Positions 1-12,313 of a stretch of 64,000 bases of DNA are shown piece by piece (the stretch's first letter is position 1; every line of letters begins with the position of its first letter). The notes under the pieces were generated by a model that worked only from the letters and a program-made list of their open reading frames with translations, was not told where the DNA came from and made no database searches. Source of the stretch: Welwitschia mirabilis (Eukaryota); assembly GCA_051453625.1 (NCBI GenBank), contig JBOZIK010000001.1, positions 1,799,092-1,863,091 of the forward strand, written 5' to 3'. A program made the translations under genes and the position numbers.

Positions 1-3000
1 TAGGTTTTTTGGGAGTGTTCTTTTCTATCTTTTATCTCATTTATTCATCATCATCTTTTTTTGAATGTGTGATTATTTGGGAATCTTGTTATCATTAAAT
101 AAAAGGGGAGGAAGAAAAATAATGATCATGAGCTATTGTATTTTTCACTTTAATGAAAAATACATGATCATCATGATGTCCTACCATACCATGGTAAATA
201 TTTTTGAGAGAAACCTTTGGCAGTGTTGGTAGCTGTGGGAAGTCCATAAGGGGGTTAGTTGGCTATGCTTCATAGGTCCTTACTCCTATGATAGTGGTTG
301 CACTCCCTTCATCATGGAAAAAGAAATAAACACTTTGAGGTTAGGGATCAATAATGTTCCTGGTGTCATTAGAGGCATTGCTCATTTCCTAGACTCTTAA
401 TATTCCCCCTGGATCATTTCACTTTTTGAGATTCCAGTGAGTTTGTGAGGTGGAAGCAGGTGAGTTCATTTCTAACTAACTTTTAATTTTTACATTCATT
501 ATTCTACACACTTGAAGCTTTGGATATCACATAACCACTGCCTTTTTGAATGAACTTTATGGAGTTGAAACATTTTTTTATGCATATTTTCTCAAGTGAT
601 GTTATGATGTTNNNNNNNNNNNNNNNNNNNNNNNNNNNNNNNNNNNNNNNNNNNNNNNNNNNNNNNNNNNNNNNNNNNNNNNNNNNNNNNNNNNNNNNNN
701 NNNNNNNNNNNTCATAGGTCCTTACTCCTATGATAGTGGTTGTACTCCCTTCATCATGGAAAAAGAAATAAACACTTGGAGGTTAGGGATCAGTGATGTT
801 TCTAGTGTCATCAGAGGCATTGCTCATTTCCTAGAATCTTAATATTCCCCCTTGATCATTTCACTTTTTGAAATTCCAGTGAGTTTATGAGGTGGAAGCA
901 GAGTTCATTTCTAACTAACTTTTGATTTTGACATTCATTATTCTACACACTTGAAGCTTTAGATATCACATAACCACTGCCTTTTTGAATGAACTTTATG
1001 GAGTTGATACATTTTGTTATGCATATTTTCTCAAGTGATGTTATGATGTTTTCCTTGAGAGTTTGCTAGGTTAGTACTTAGGATAGGTAAACAATATTTT
1101 CCTTGTTCCTTCTATCCATTTTCACTCTAGTTTTCTTCGGTTTTCAAGTCTACTAAGTCATTTTTGTATTTTCTTATTTCTTCTTAGGACCTTAATCATT
1201 TAGTAGTTTTTTATTGTTCAATCCTGTTAAAACATTTTTCTAAAAATGCATTTTCATAAAAAAAATGTTTTANNNNNNNNNNNNNNNNNNNNNNNNNNNN
1301 NNNNNNNNNNNNNNNNNNNNNNNNNNNNNNNNNNNNNNNNNNNNNNNNNNNNNNNNNNNNNNNNNNNNNNNNACCCAATCTTGAGACATTCCCATGTCTA
1401 TGGACTTTATTTGAAGGAAGATGCCTTAGTTTCTTGTGTTTGTTTTCAATGGTATTAAAATATTGGGTTGTTTGAAAGTGTTGTTTTTTGTCTTTTATCT
1501 TACTTATTTACCTTTATTTTTTTTAAGTATGTGATCATATGAAAGTTTTATTTTTAGGGAAAAAAGAAAAAGGAAAAAAACAAAAGAGAGAAATAATGAT
1601 CATAAATTATTGTATTTTGTGCTTTAAAGAAAAATACATGGCCATCATGTTGTTCTATCACACGTAGGTAAATATTTTCTAAAGAAACCTTTGGTAGTGT
1701 TAGTAGCTAGGGGAACTCCATTAGGAGGTTAGTTGGTCATGCTTCATAAGTCTTTACTTCTTTGACAGTGATTGCACTCCCCTAATTATGGAAAAAGAAA
1801 TAAAACTTTGAGGTCAAGGATCAGTGGTAACTTTGGTAGCATCAGAGGCATTATTTATTTTCTAAACTCTTAGTATTTCCACTTGAACATTTTACTTTTG
1901 AAGATTCCAATGAGTTTGTGAGATGAGAGAAGGTAAGCTCATTTCTAAGTAACTTTTGGTTTTGACATTCATTATTCTATGCACTTGAATATTTAAGTAT
2001 TGCCATAACCACTATCTTTTTTAATGAACTTTATGAAGTTAATATAGTTTGTTATGCATATTTATTGAAGTGATGTTATGATGTTTTCCTTGAGAGTTTG
2101 CTAGGTTAGTACTTAGGATAAGTAAACAATATTTTCCTTATTCCTTCTATCCGTTTTCACTCTAGTTTTCTTCGGTTTTCAAGTCTACTAAGTCATTTCT
2201 GTATTTTCTTATTTCTTCTTAGGATCTTAATCATTTAGTAGTTTTTTATTGTTTAATCCTGTTAAAACATTTTTCTAAAAATGCATTTTCATAAAAAAAT
2301 GTTGTAAAGTCCATCTTTTCCACAATCTTTATGAGTTCCTTTGTAGGTTATGGAGTTCTAAGTCTATCATGCTTTCATTTTTCTATTTGGGCACATTCAT
2401 TTAGTATCTATTGTAGGTTTTCAATCTAGATAGTTTATTTTCTTTAGTCATAGTTTTTCTTTTTGTGTGTATTTATCCCTTTTCCTTTGGTTTTCTTATT
2501 TTTTTGGTGTTTTCTGTGTGATTTTTTGGTTTCTATCTTTTTCCTATTCATAACTGTCACTTTAACGATCCTATCTGAGCCTAACTTTTATGTCTGACGT
2601 TTTTCTTCTAAAAATCTTCTTGGTATTCTGTCATCCACATGGTCGTCCAGACGACACTGTGCAGATGACAGCCTTATTTTTCTATCAGTCATCCTAGGGC
2701 TGTCATCCAGATGATGAGACCGGATGATAGTGTGATAAGACTATAGCCCAAACCCTTTTTCCTCATTTTCACTCGTTTTCTTATCATTTTTCTTCATTCT
2801 TTTGAGAGATGATGAACCCTCTAGCTAGTATCAGCATTTTAAAACTTGTCCTACCTAATTTCTTTTCCAGATTCACAAGATTTACTGGTATGTTTCTCTC
2901 TTCTCCTAATTTTTCACTTTTTTCAGCCTTTTGACATGCAGTTTTCATGTATATTGTTCAGTTTTTTGCACTCTTCATTTTGGGACTTATGGATTTGAAT

Positions 3001-3529
3001 TTCATGACATATTTTTCGAGTTATACTCACTTTTGCATATTATGAGGTATTTTCAGGTTTTTACCTTTCGCACTAGTTTTCTTNNNNNNNNNNNNNNNNN
3101 NNNNNNNNNNNNNNNNNNNNNNNNNNNNNNNNNNNNNNNNNNNNNNNNNNNNNNNNNNNNNNNNNNNNNNNNNNNNNNNNNNNNNNNNNNNNNNNNNNNN
3201 NNNNNNNNNNNNNNNNNNNNNNNNNNNNNNNNNNNNNNNNNNNNNNNNNNNNNNNNNNNNNNNNNNNNNNNNNNNNNNNNNNNNNNNNNNNNNNNNNNNN
3301 NNNNNNNNNNNNNNNNNNNNNNNNNNNNNNNNNNNNNNATAATTTTTCATTGATTTTAGGGGTCATTATTGTGCATCCATATAACGTTTTCGACTTGTTT
3401 ATTTATTTTCGCATGACGAGTTTATGTTTGTAATTGAGTAGGCCATGTACACATAGAGCTAGATAGGTAGAGGATTCAACTGAGCTTGTAGAGTAGGAGA
3501 AAGTCCCTTTGATCAAGCTTAAGATATAG

Positions 3530-4689
3530 CATGTAGAGCCCACACACCTGCCACCTCAACAAAGATGATCTTTGAGCATACAGATAGCTAGCATTCGTGT
3601 CGAGAGACACTTTGAAGATTTTATAAGCTGCATAGAGCCAGAGGTTGATCAGAGATTGACAGAGTTACAGCTTAAATGGATCATAAATGCATATGGTGCA
3701 TATTATGCTTTTGAGACGAGAGAGTTCTCTGACACCATGCATATAGGGAGGCAAGCAAACGCTCGTGGTCAGCTATAGGACATGGTCATTGCATACATTC
3801 GAGACTACGAGATAGCTATCCTTCCATCTCACATTGTAGTCATCACAAATCTTGGAGGACTTGGGAGCTTGCATATTCATTCAACTAGTGAGATAGAGGA
3901 GTGTCAAGCTTATTATACCATTTTAGACATTCCAGCTGATTTAACCATTGATCGATAGGAGGTAAATGTTACCTAGCTAACCCCCTCATACAGAGTTTTG
4001 CACAAAGGACTAATTCATAACATCAGTCCATCATACCATGATAGTCACGCTATGATCGCACATTTACAGATTTTGGCAGCTTTCTATCAGGGGGAGCAGA
4101 TGGATTTATCTACCTTTATCTGGAGGAGACTTAGGTCTATGATTGAGATGTAACATCTATAGACACTTGGTTATCCAGCCTCCTCTTAGCTTTATTCAGA
4201 TGATTTTGGATACCAGAACCCATAGGTAAGTGATGTATCTCACATATTCAGACTTCTGCTCTCAATTTATAGGATATGTATATACAAGTACCAAGAGAGG
4301 CAGAAAGACCTCAAGTACAGAGACTTGTAGTTGGAGCTTCATTAGAACAGATCCAGGCCCTTTTGGCTGAGACTACTGAGACCACCAGAGGTTTCATTGA
4401 TTAGAAGTTCCAGACCTTTGAGCAGAGAGTTGAGTAGTGGATCTTATCTATCAAGAGGAGAGTACAGCACACATAGGATCAAATGGTGGACATGCGCCAA
4501 TGCATTATCTCCATTCAGCAGAGTATGAATATAGACATTCCAGAGTCGGTATGTGTCCAGGGTGATGAGACGGTCAGGTCTATTGTAGCGTCTTTTGATA
4601 TCTATCTCTCTGCAGACCCTGAGCATCCTCCTTCTTCTTCCCCTACTTCTGAGCTAGTTACTGAACCAGCGTTCATCATGCATAGATGA
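3530..4689 (+). pseudogene. Degenerate retrotransposon extra ORF (env-like/plant-transposon-protein type)
   Basis: ORF fragments 3572-3778 and 4483-4689, plus hand translation near 3977-4180: LTPSYRVLHKGLIHNISP...MDLSTFIWRRL...TLGYP, interrupted by stops. It lies upstream of the PPT/3' LTR. Confidence 0.6.
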
Positions 4690-5599
4690 GGGGAGTGATT
4701 TTGCATAATATTTTGTATCTTCCCTTTTACACCTTTTTGTACTAAAAGCTCTCATTATTATATAGACATATCATTCTTTTCAGCATGGTGTCCTATTTTT
4801 GTCTGACTTTTACATGATTATCTTTCGATTTTTATGATGAGAATCGCATTTTACTTAGGGTAAATCTTTATATTTGACTGTTTATCATAGTGGGGGCTAT
4901 TTATCATGATTAATTAATTATCTAAGAAAATCAATTTCTATCGCAGGTTCCAGTTTTAAAAACCCTTTGCAGATCTTGTCATTCCCTACATTGTTCGGAT
5001 GACAATACCGGATGACCAATCTTTGATGCTTCATAGGTGTTCCTGTTCAGTGTTTCTAATTTTTCAAAAATCCAGTCTATCTCTGAAATATTCTTCAAAT
5101 CTTTTTGAGCAAGTATCTAAGTTATTTTTATTATCTAATAAGTTGGCTCGCAAATGTGGTTTACCGCCTAGTTTTGTCAAGGGCTAACAAGGCTAAGTGG
5201 GGGGCTATGTTGTGTCGTCAACTTACATATATTTGATAGGATATTCTGAGTTGNNNNNNNNNNNNNNNNNNNNNNNNNNNNNNNNNNNNNNNNNNNNNNN
5301 NNNNNNNNNNNNNNNNNNNNNNNNNNNNNNNNNNNNNNNNNNNNNNNNNNNNNACCCTTTGCAGATCTTGTCATCCCCTACATTGTCCGGACAACAATAC
5401 CGGATGACCAATCTTTAATGCTTCATAGGTATTCCTCTTTAGTGTTTCTAATTTTTCAAAAATCCAGTCTATCTCTGAAATATTCTTCAAATCTTTTTGA
5501 GCAAGTATCCAAGTTATTTTTATTATCTAATAAGTTGGCTCGCAAATTTGGTTTACCGCCTAGTCTTGTCAGGAGCTGACAAGGCTAAGTTGGGGGCTA

Positions 5600-7102
5600 T
5601 GTTGTGTCGTCAACTTACATACATTTGATAGGATATTCTGAGTTGTTTTGCAGGTAAATTGACAGGTAAATGCTTGGATTCATGATAATGAAAAGCTGGG
5701 ATGAAAAGGATGAAAATATGCAATTTCCTACAAACAACAATGTTGATGCACTAATTGAATATCTATCGAAGTCCATCGTCCACCTAATCATCCAGACGAT
5801 AGGACAGACGACTGTCCAACTAGATGCTGACTAAGATCTGACTGGTAGCCGATGAGGATTTGACCATGAGGTGGCATTATCTTCTTTATTATCCGAACAA
5901 CCAACTAGATGACACTCTTTGTAATGCCTACACTGAATGTTCACCTAGCGTTCACCACTTGTATTTTGATTTCTTTCTGCATGGCGGTTAGGTTTTACCA
6001 ACGCCTTTCTATCTGTTTCATTTTATGTTTTAAGTCAATAAATAGAGGTCTTCCCTTTGACTCCTCCTCGTCTTCATTTGCACCTAACATACTTATGACA
6101 GGAGATCGAGGGGTTGGAGAACCATCCTGTAGTTTCAGAGAGACGTTTCCTTGGTGTTAGGTGGCGTCTCCTCCATTGAGGTGCGACTACTTTGTAATAC
6201 GGATGTAGTGTGATTTCTAATATAAACATTTCTTTTTATGCTTCAATGTATGAATGATCTTCTCCCTCATAGTTTATGTTGCTTGAGATTCGGTGACAAC
6301 TTATCTTATGATATAGATTATGAGGGCAACCTTTGTCAAGGTTGTGCTTGGTTAGTTTAGATGTATTATTATTTCATTTCCTAGATTAGCCTTGCACAAG
6401 TGTGTTTTATTTCATTTTTATGCATTGCAAGTTATTTCTGTAGGTTAGGTTGTATTATTTCTCATCTTGAAAGCAACTTTCTTATTTCCATATTTTGGCA
6501 TTTAACAGATTACAANNNNNNNNNNNNNNNNNNNNNNNNNNNNNNNNNNNNNNNNNNNNNNNNNNNNNNNNNNNNNNNNNNNNNNNNNNNNNNNNNNNNN
6601 NNNNNNNNNNNNNNNAGAGAGACGTTTCCTTGGTGTTAAGTGGCGTCTCCTCCATTAAGGTACGGCTACTTTGTAATACAGATGTAGTGTGATTTCTAAT
6701 ATAAACATTTCTTTTTATGCTTCAATGTATGAATTATCTTCTCCCTCATAGTTTATGTTGCTTGAGATTCGGTGATAACTTATCTTATGATATAGATTAT
6801 GAGGGCAACCTTTGTCAAGGTTGTGCTTGGTTAGTTTAGATGCATTATTATTTCCTTTCCTAGATTAGCCTTGCACAAGTGTGTTTTATTTCATTTTTAT
6901 GCATTGCAAGTTATTTCTGTAGGTTAGGTTATAGTATTTGTCATCTTGAAAGCAACTCTCTTATTTCCATATTTTGGCCTTTAACGGATTATAACATTCG
7001 GGTCCCTCCCCTTTATATTAGTGTGTTGTATTTGTGCATATTATTTGTGGTTAACAAGATTCTAATTAGGACTTAAATGTTGCATAAATACGCACCACAA
7101 CA
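5600..7102 (+). repeat. 3' LTR (length inflated by a gap-flanking duplicate of about 380 bp plus 100 N)
   Basis: Inverted termini TGTTGTG...CACAACA, preceded by the PPT. Confidence 0.75.
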
Positions 7103-7723
7103 ATAAGCATAGATATTATAAAGTCTTATAGTATCTTATGTCATAGTATTGCATATTAAAGAGTTCTAAACCCCAAAATTAGGGAATTCCAAACTCAAAA
7201 CATTTACTGATATTACCTCCAATAAAAGTACAACCATCACGACCATCCTTATCTAAACAAATGATTTAAATAAGCCTAGGGCCTTATGATATTCCAAACA
7301 TGCCATTCAAAGAAGATAAAATTTGATTATGAGAGAACGTTTAATCCAATTTTTTTTCTTTTTTGCCATAACATGTTAATATCATTACACGTTTATTAAA
7401 TTGATATGAATATCCAAATTCTTAATAAAGTCTTATGGACAACAAATCTTGGCAACATAAAAGTCAAAATACTATGTACTCACATTTTGTGCATAAACAT
7501 AGATAAGCGTCACTCTATGGATCTACTAATATGAAATTTGTAATAATCTTTTTTTATTGCTTGTTATTATTTTTTTAAAAGGAAAAACTCAAGATTGTTA
7601 AAAATAGAATGTTAGAGTCATGCAAGAACAAACTTTATGAAAGCATTTTGGCAAAATGTATGTGTGTGTGCATGCATGTTCCTGCAAATGGATGATACCT
7701 CCATCACTAGAAGTAGGAAAAGA

Positions 7724-8423
7724 TTGTTAGATGAATAAACCAGATAACACGTGCTTGTACAGATGTGCTGATGGCATAGCCCAAAACTAGTTTCATAAAG
7801 AACACATGTTTTTCATCTTTTTATGATGAAAATAAAAAGACAAAGTGGTTTGCAAAGTTTGATGGACAAACACGTGCTAAGAAAACTTCTAGATTAAACA
7901 TTTTATGACATATGGAAGATGATTAAGAAGAGTTCATGTGTTAAGTATTGAAACAAAAAGGAAGTCTTCAAGACTTGGTCTATTGACCTTAACTCATTTT
8001 GTTTAGAATGATCTTTAGGTTTAGAAGGTTTTCTGAATGATGAAGAATTATATCTAATAAGAAGCTAATGATAGTTTTTCCATAATGGGAATTTCCATTA
8101 GTTATAGAATTCTGTAAATAAAAACTTCCTTTAATAATTTGTATATACTTGATTAAAGTTTTGAGTTTGGTAATTATGAATGCCTTGCTAAACTTTATAG
8201 TTTAACAATAAGTTCATAAATTCTGAGCACTATAGATGGGATTGTCCATTTGACTTGTGATTATAAATGATGAGATTCGAGGTCTTAGTTTAGAATCCTA
8301 TGATGTTTATGTTGGTTTGTAGTCTTATTCATGTTTTCAAATTGTATTTTGTTTGAACCTGATGGTGTTTGGGTAAGCTTGTTGTTTTATTCATTTGTTC
8401 AAGGCGCACTCACATTAATAACA
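7724..8423 (+). mobile_element. Possible Copia-type LTR remnant
   Basis: Purine tract GGAAAAGAT followed by TGTTAG at 7724, recurrent ACACGTG-like motifs, and a possible end ...TAACA at 8423. No TSD found. Confidence 0.25.
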
Positions 8424-8946
8424 TTTTGGATATAACATATAGATGAAACTTGAGACATTTCGTGTCCGGCTCCTAGAGTAATTGCAGTCGCATATAGGTT
8501 TTCATTGATTAAATGATGTAAGTAATTTTAACGCGAGCAATACAATTTCCCATAATTAACTTTCTTTTAAAAATTAATAAATTTTAATAATAATGACCTT
8601 AATAATAGTACCTTCACCTAAAAGTAAATTTCACCAAACACACATAAATAAGGTTAGTATTATTGTGAATTGTGGTTGTAAGTTCGATTCTTAAAAAAAT
8701 CTTTCAACCAAAAAAAAGTAAAGATAAAAATAAAAACTTATATATAATTAAATTTATTAGAAAAAAATAAAGATAAAAATAAAAACCTGTATATAAACTG
8801 AATTCATTGGAAATTTGAATGCGCATACAATACAAACTTGCATAACAAAACAAGTGAAAATGGAAGGGTGCAGAGAACTTTATGACAACAAGCATGAAGA
8901 AGACTGATCAATCTCACTTGAATTTCAAAGTTGCAGACAAGCAGAA

Positions 8947-10893
8947 TTAGTCTGAGCCAAAGGGCAAGAATGGCAGTGCCTTCTCTTCATTCATATGAGA
9001 AACCACTTCTTCCATGGAAGGCCGCAGGCAAGGATCACTCAAAGTGCAGAGAAGACCCACAAGTATTAGCCGAAGTGCCATTTCTGCATCATAATTCAAG
9101 CCCAGCCCCCTGTCAACAAGCCTAATAAGCTGCCCATTCTGACGCAGGCTCCATGCCCACTGAACAATGTCAGCTTCCTCAGACTGAAAGCTTCTTCTGT
9201 CCAGTGATCTTCTCCCAGACAAGGTTTCCAGAATCACAACTCCAAACCCAAAAACATCCATCTTTTCAGTAGGAATTTGGGCATAGTCAGCCTCTGGAGG
9301 GCACAGAAGCTGCACTGATTCACCCAGGCTTTCTGCATTTTGACAGCCCAGAACGCCAAAGTCCCCAATTGCAGCCCTGAATGAAACATCCAGCAAAATG
9401 TTACTGATCTTGACATTTTTGTGCAGAAATTTTGTGCCACAGCCAGAATGCATGAAGCAGAGGCCCTCGGCCACATCTCTGAGAACCTGCAACCTTCTGC
9501 TCCATGGCACGACTCCACTGGTAAACAGCCACTTATCCAGGCTTCCATTAGGCATGTACTCATAGACCAAAACCAGCTCCTTTTTCTCACTGCACCATCC
9601 TCTCAGAGGAACCACATTTGGGTGCCTCAATCTGCTCAGATTTCCGATTTCTCTGAGAATCTTTCTTCTCTCTAGCCCTGTTTTTTCAACCACCTGAGGC
9701 CAGAATCTCTTTATTGCAACATGATCAGATCCATTTTTGAGCTCCCCCTTGAAAACCGTTCCTCTTCTGCCATCCCCAGCAATTGCCCCTTCACTGAAAC
9801 ATCTGGTTGCAAGGCTGAGCTCAGTGAGGAAGAACCTCCCAGGCTTGTTGGGTGGCCTGGGTTTCTGCTTCTTGACAACCAGAACTGTCTCTGCAACTCT
9901 GGATTTCTGCGTCGTTTTTCCATTACAGTACAAATTAAGCAAAATCAGCAAACACAGACCTACAACAGCCATGAAGATGAGAAACGCACTGGGGGGCCTT
10001 CTGTGAATCGTCCCCCATGGAAACAATTTCTTCTCACAGGCAGTCCCAGATGGAACATTCAAGAATGCCTTGCTGTGAGAAACGAATTCCCAGGATTTGA
10101 TACTGTGGATCTGGGTATGGTGCCCAGTAGACGCAGAAAAACCTACAAACATATACTCCTGCAAGAAACCAGACAGATCTAACTGAGCAGAATAGATCAT
10201 CTGTCTGGGCACTGGGTCGTCCTCCAATCCAAGCCCCAAATCCATCCATCTTCTTTCGCCATTGTAGCTAATCCAGGCTCTGACTGCACTGCCATTCTTG
10301 AAGGAAATCCCAGAACGGGACGCATCAATAGTTATATGGGACAGAATAGTGCCCAGATTGATTCCAACATGATGGTCGTTAGGGTCTCCAAACTCCTCGT
10401 TTCTGACGGTGTCGAATTCAACGGCGAAAGCCTTGTAATCGTCCTCGCAAGCATCGTTAAGCATCGCTAACCATGGGCCTGGTCTACCCACTGTAACTTC
10501 GTCTGGAACCATGATGAATGTCAGTCCGCTTCCGCCCGGATTGTTTGTCTCTGCAGAATCTATCTGGAAGGAAAAAGTTGTGCGGAAGGAGGCGGGAGTG
10601 GAGGTTGCGGGGTCTATCAGTCTGATGGGGGAGGAGTACAGAGCGCGGCCTGCGAGAAATGAGATGTTGGTCTGCGGCGCAGGGATTTGGATGAATCCAG
10701 AGTCCTCTTGCAAAGTTGCGCAGCCCAGGAGCTTCATTTCGTGGTAGCGTCTGTTGTTCATGGGTCTGAAGTCCGGGAAGGAGAGGAACTTTGAGAGATT
10801 GAATGTAGGGCCGGTTCTAGGGTCTGTTGTCGCTGCTATTGCTGTTACAGAGATACAGGCGAGGAAAAGAGTGGTGAGGCTTCGTGGGCTCAT
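8947..10893 (-). CDS. L-type (legume) lectin receptor-like kinase, 648 aa, intronless, probable pseudokinase
   Basis: N-terminal signal peptide; lectin motifs GRALYSSP, SFRTTFSF, FAVEFDT, HVGIN, YMFVGFSASTG; TM helix AFLIFMAVVGLCLLILLNLYC; kinase motifs VAIK, RLRHPN, LVYEYMPNGSLD, DFG, DVFGFG, RPSMEEV. Catalytic loop is HKNVKISN. Uninterrupted ORF, visibly more GC-rich than its flanks. Confidence 0.95.
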   Translation of the reverse strand: MSPRSLTTLFLACISVTAIAATTDPRTGPTFNLSKFLSFPDFRPMNNRRYHEMKLLGCATLQEDSGFIQIPAPQTNISFLAGRALYSSPIRLIDPATSTPASFRTTFSFQIDSAETNNPGGSGLTFIMVPDEVTVGRPGPWLAMLNDACEDDYKAFAVEFDTVRNEEFGDPNDHHVGINLGTILSHITIDASRSGISFKNGSAVRAWISYNGERRWMDLGLGLEDDPVPRQMIYSAQLDLSGFLQEYMFVGFSASTGHHTQIHSIKSWEFVSHSKAFLNVPSGTACEKKLFPWGTIHRRPPSAFLIFMAVVGLCLLILLNLYCNGKTTQKSRVAETVLVVKKQKPRPPNKPGRFFLTELSLATRCFSEGAIAGDGRRGTVFKGELKNGSDHVAIKRFWPQVVEKTGLERRKILREIGNLSRLRHPNVVPLRGWCSEKKELVLVYEYMPNGSLDKWLFTSGVVPWSRRLQVLRDVAEGLCFMHSGCGTKFLHKNVKISNILLDVSFRAAIGDFGVLGCQNAESLGESVQLLCPPEADYAQIPTEKMDVFGFGVVILETLSGRRSLDRRSFQSEEADIVQWAWSLRQNGQLIRLVDRGLGLNYDAEMALRLILVGLLCTLSDPCLRPSMEEVVSHMNEEKALPFLPFGSD

Positions 10894-11319
10894 TTTCTCA
10901 AGGGTTTTTTCTCAGCAAGGAATTGCAGGAGGGGTAAGTTTGGTTGCGGAAAGCGTTGGAGTTTGGTGGAGCGATGAGAATGTGGGAGACGCAAAGATAA
11001 GATGAGGGAGTGAAAGGAGACATGTGATTGATATCATGGTTGTTGGGATGTCACTGGAATAGAGAAAGCAGCACACTTTATTTACCAAATGGATGAGTTT
11101 CTTGTGTGGAATTTGGAGGTTCTGCGTGGTTTTCGAATGAGCGGTGATCTTACAGGAAAGAATTACGAGTTACAGAGCAATTATTCAGATGAAGCCTGCA
11201 GGAGTTTCAAGTGCCAGTGTCGAACAGTCCAAGAGAAAGCCGGCGGTGGCTGCTTTCTACGTGCGCAACTTACGGTGGGTGATTGATTCCCAACAGGCGG
11301 GCCAGGCCGAGCCCTTTAT

Positions 11320-11466
11320 TTACAATTTTTTAATTCAGGTTAATAGTTACAATTTTCTATTAATTAATTTTTATATATTAGAAAAACTTTTTAACTAATC
11401 ATGCTTACAATTACAATTTTTTTAATTCAGGTTAATAGTTACAAATTTCTATTAATTAATTAATTT

Positions 11467-11515
<49 letters not shown>

Positions 11516-11537
11516 TTTTTACTAATCATGCTTACAA
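11320..11537. repeat. Tandem duplication (unit 1 11320-11410, unit 2 11411-11537); unit 2 carries an expanded (TA)n(GA)n microsatellite
   Basis: TTACAATTTTTTAATTCAGGTTAATAGTTACAA...ACTAATCATGCTTACAA occurs twice in tandem. Confidence 0.9.
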
Positions 11538-12270
11538 TTACAAAGTTATAGAAGTATTGCTTTACCTTCAAGATGTCTTTAAAGAACAAAGGCATATATC
11601 TCTACGTAATATAGAAAAACTGTTTTGATATTCTATAATAAATTTGTGATATCTTAGTTTATGACACATATTTGGATGTTACATGTTTTTGAGTATAAAA
11701 ATTTAGAAGAAGCTGAATAAAAAATGGAATATTCAAGCAACATGTAACTTGTGGAAGTAGAAAATTGAAAATATTTGAAAATATCTAACGTTTCTAAAGA
11801 TTTCCATTTTTCTACGGTGTTTGGTTTGTGAGGGCTTTGCCCATAGGTAGTCGTTTACACCATTTACATTTGCTTCTTTACAATGTATTTTCTATGATGC
11901 TAAGGATGTCTTCTTTGATTGTAGAGTTTCTTAGAATGCATAGAACTTGAGTCTTCCTTCAGTGATAATTTCCAAGCAACTATTACACATATAATTTTTG
12001 GAAACAATCTCAAGCTTTGTAATTTCATTTTTCTCATTTGGATCTATTTTTGACCTTTAATCCTACACAACATTTAGAATCTTTATTACAAAGTCATTTA
12101 TCAACATATCTGAGCAAGACTTTCATATTCATATAATAGATATATACAAAATCTTATAGCATGCAACTTTTCAATGTTAAGTTTAAGTTGAAAGACTTCA
12201 TATAAATGGAAAGTAGTTAATACAATTCTTGCAAAAGGGACTTGAGCACTTTTACCTTTTTTGTTTTTTG

Positions 12271-12272
<2 letters not shown>

Positions 12273-12310
<38 letters not shown>
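12273..12310. repeat. (GT)19 microsatellite
   Basis: Read directly. Confidence 0.95.

Positions 12311-12313
<3 letters not shown>

Larger units (their letters stand above)
1..7102 (+). mobile_element. 3' portion of an Athila-like (Ty3/Gypsy) LTR retrotransposon: non-coding 3' region, degenerate extra ORF, PPT and 3' LTR; the 5' part lies outside the window
   Basis: PPT-like AAGTTGGGGGCTA (5587-5599) directly precedes TGTTGTG at 5600, and the LTR ends CACAACA at 7102. The LTR shares blocks (e.g. TTCCTTGGTGTTAG..CTCCATTGAGGTG) with the LTR at 42358, which is followed by a tRNA-Asp-type PBS. No pol sequence is visible, so the lineage is inferred. Confidence 0.7.

Noticed and set aside
8931-11005. 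Antisense and alternative-frame ORFs overlapping the LecRK
   Set aside because: Expected by-products of a GC-richer coding region; no recognisable motifs.
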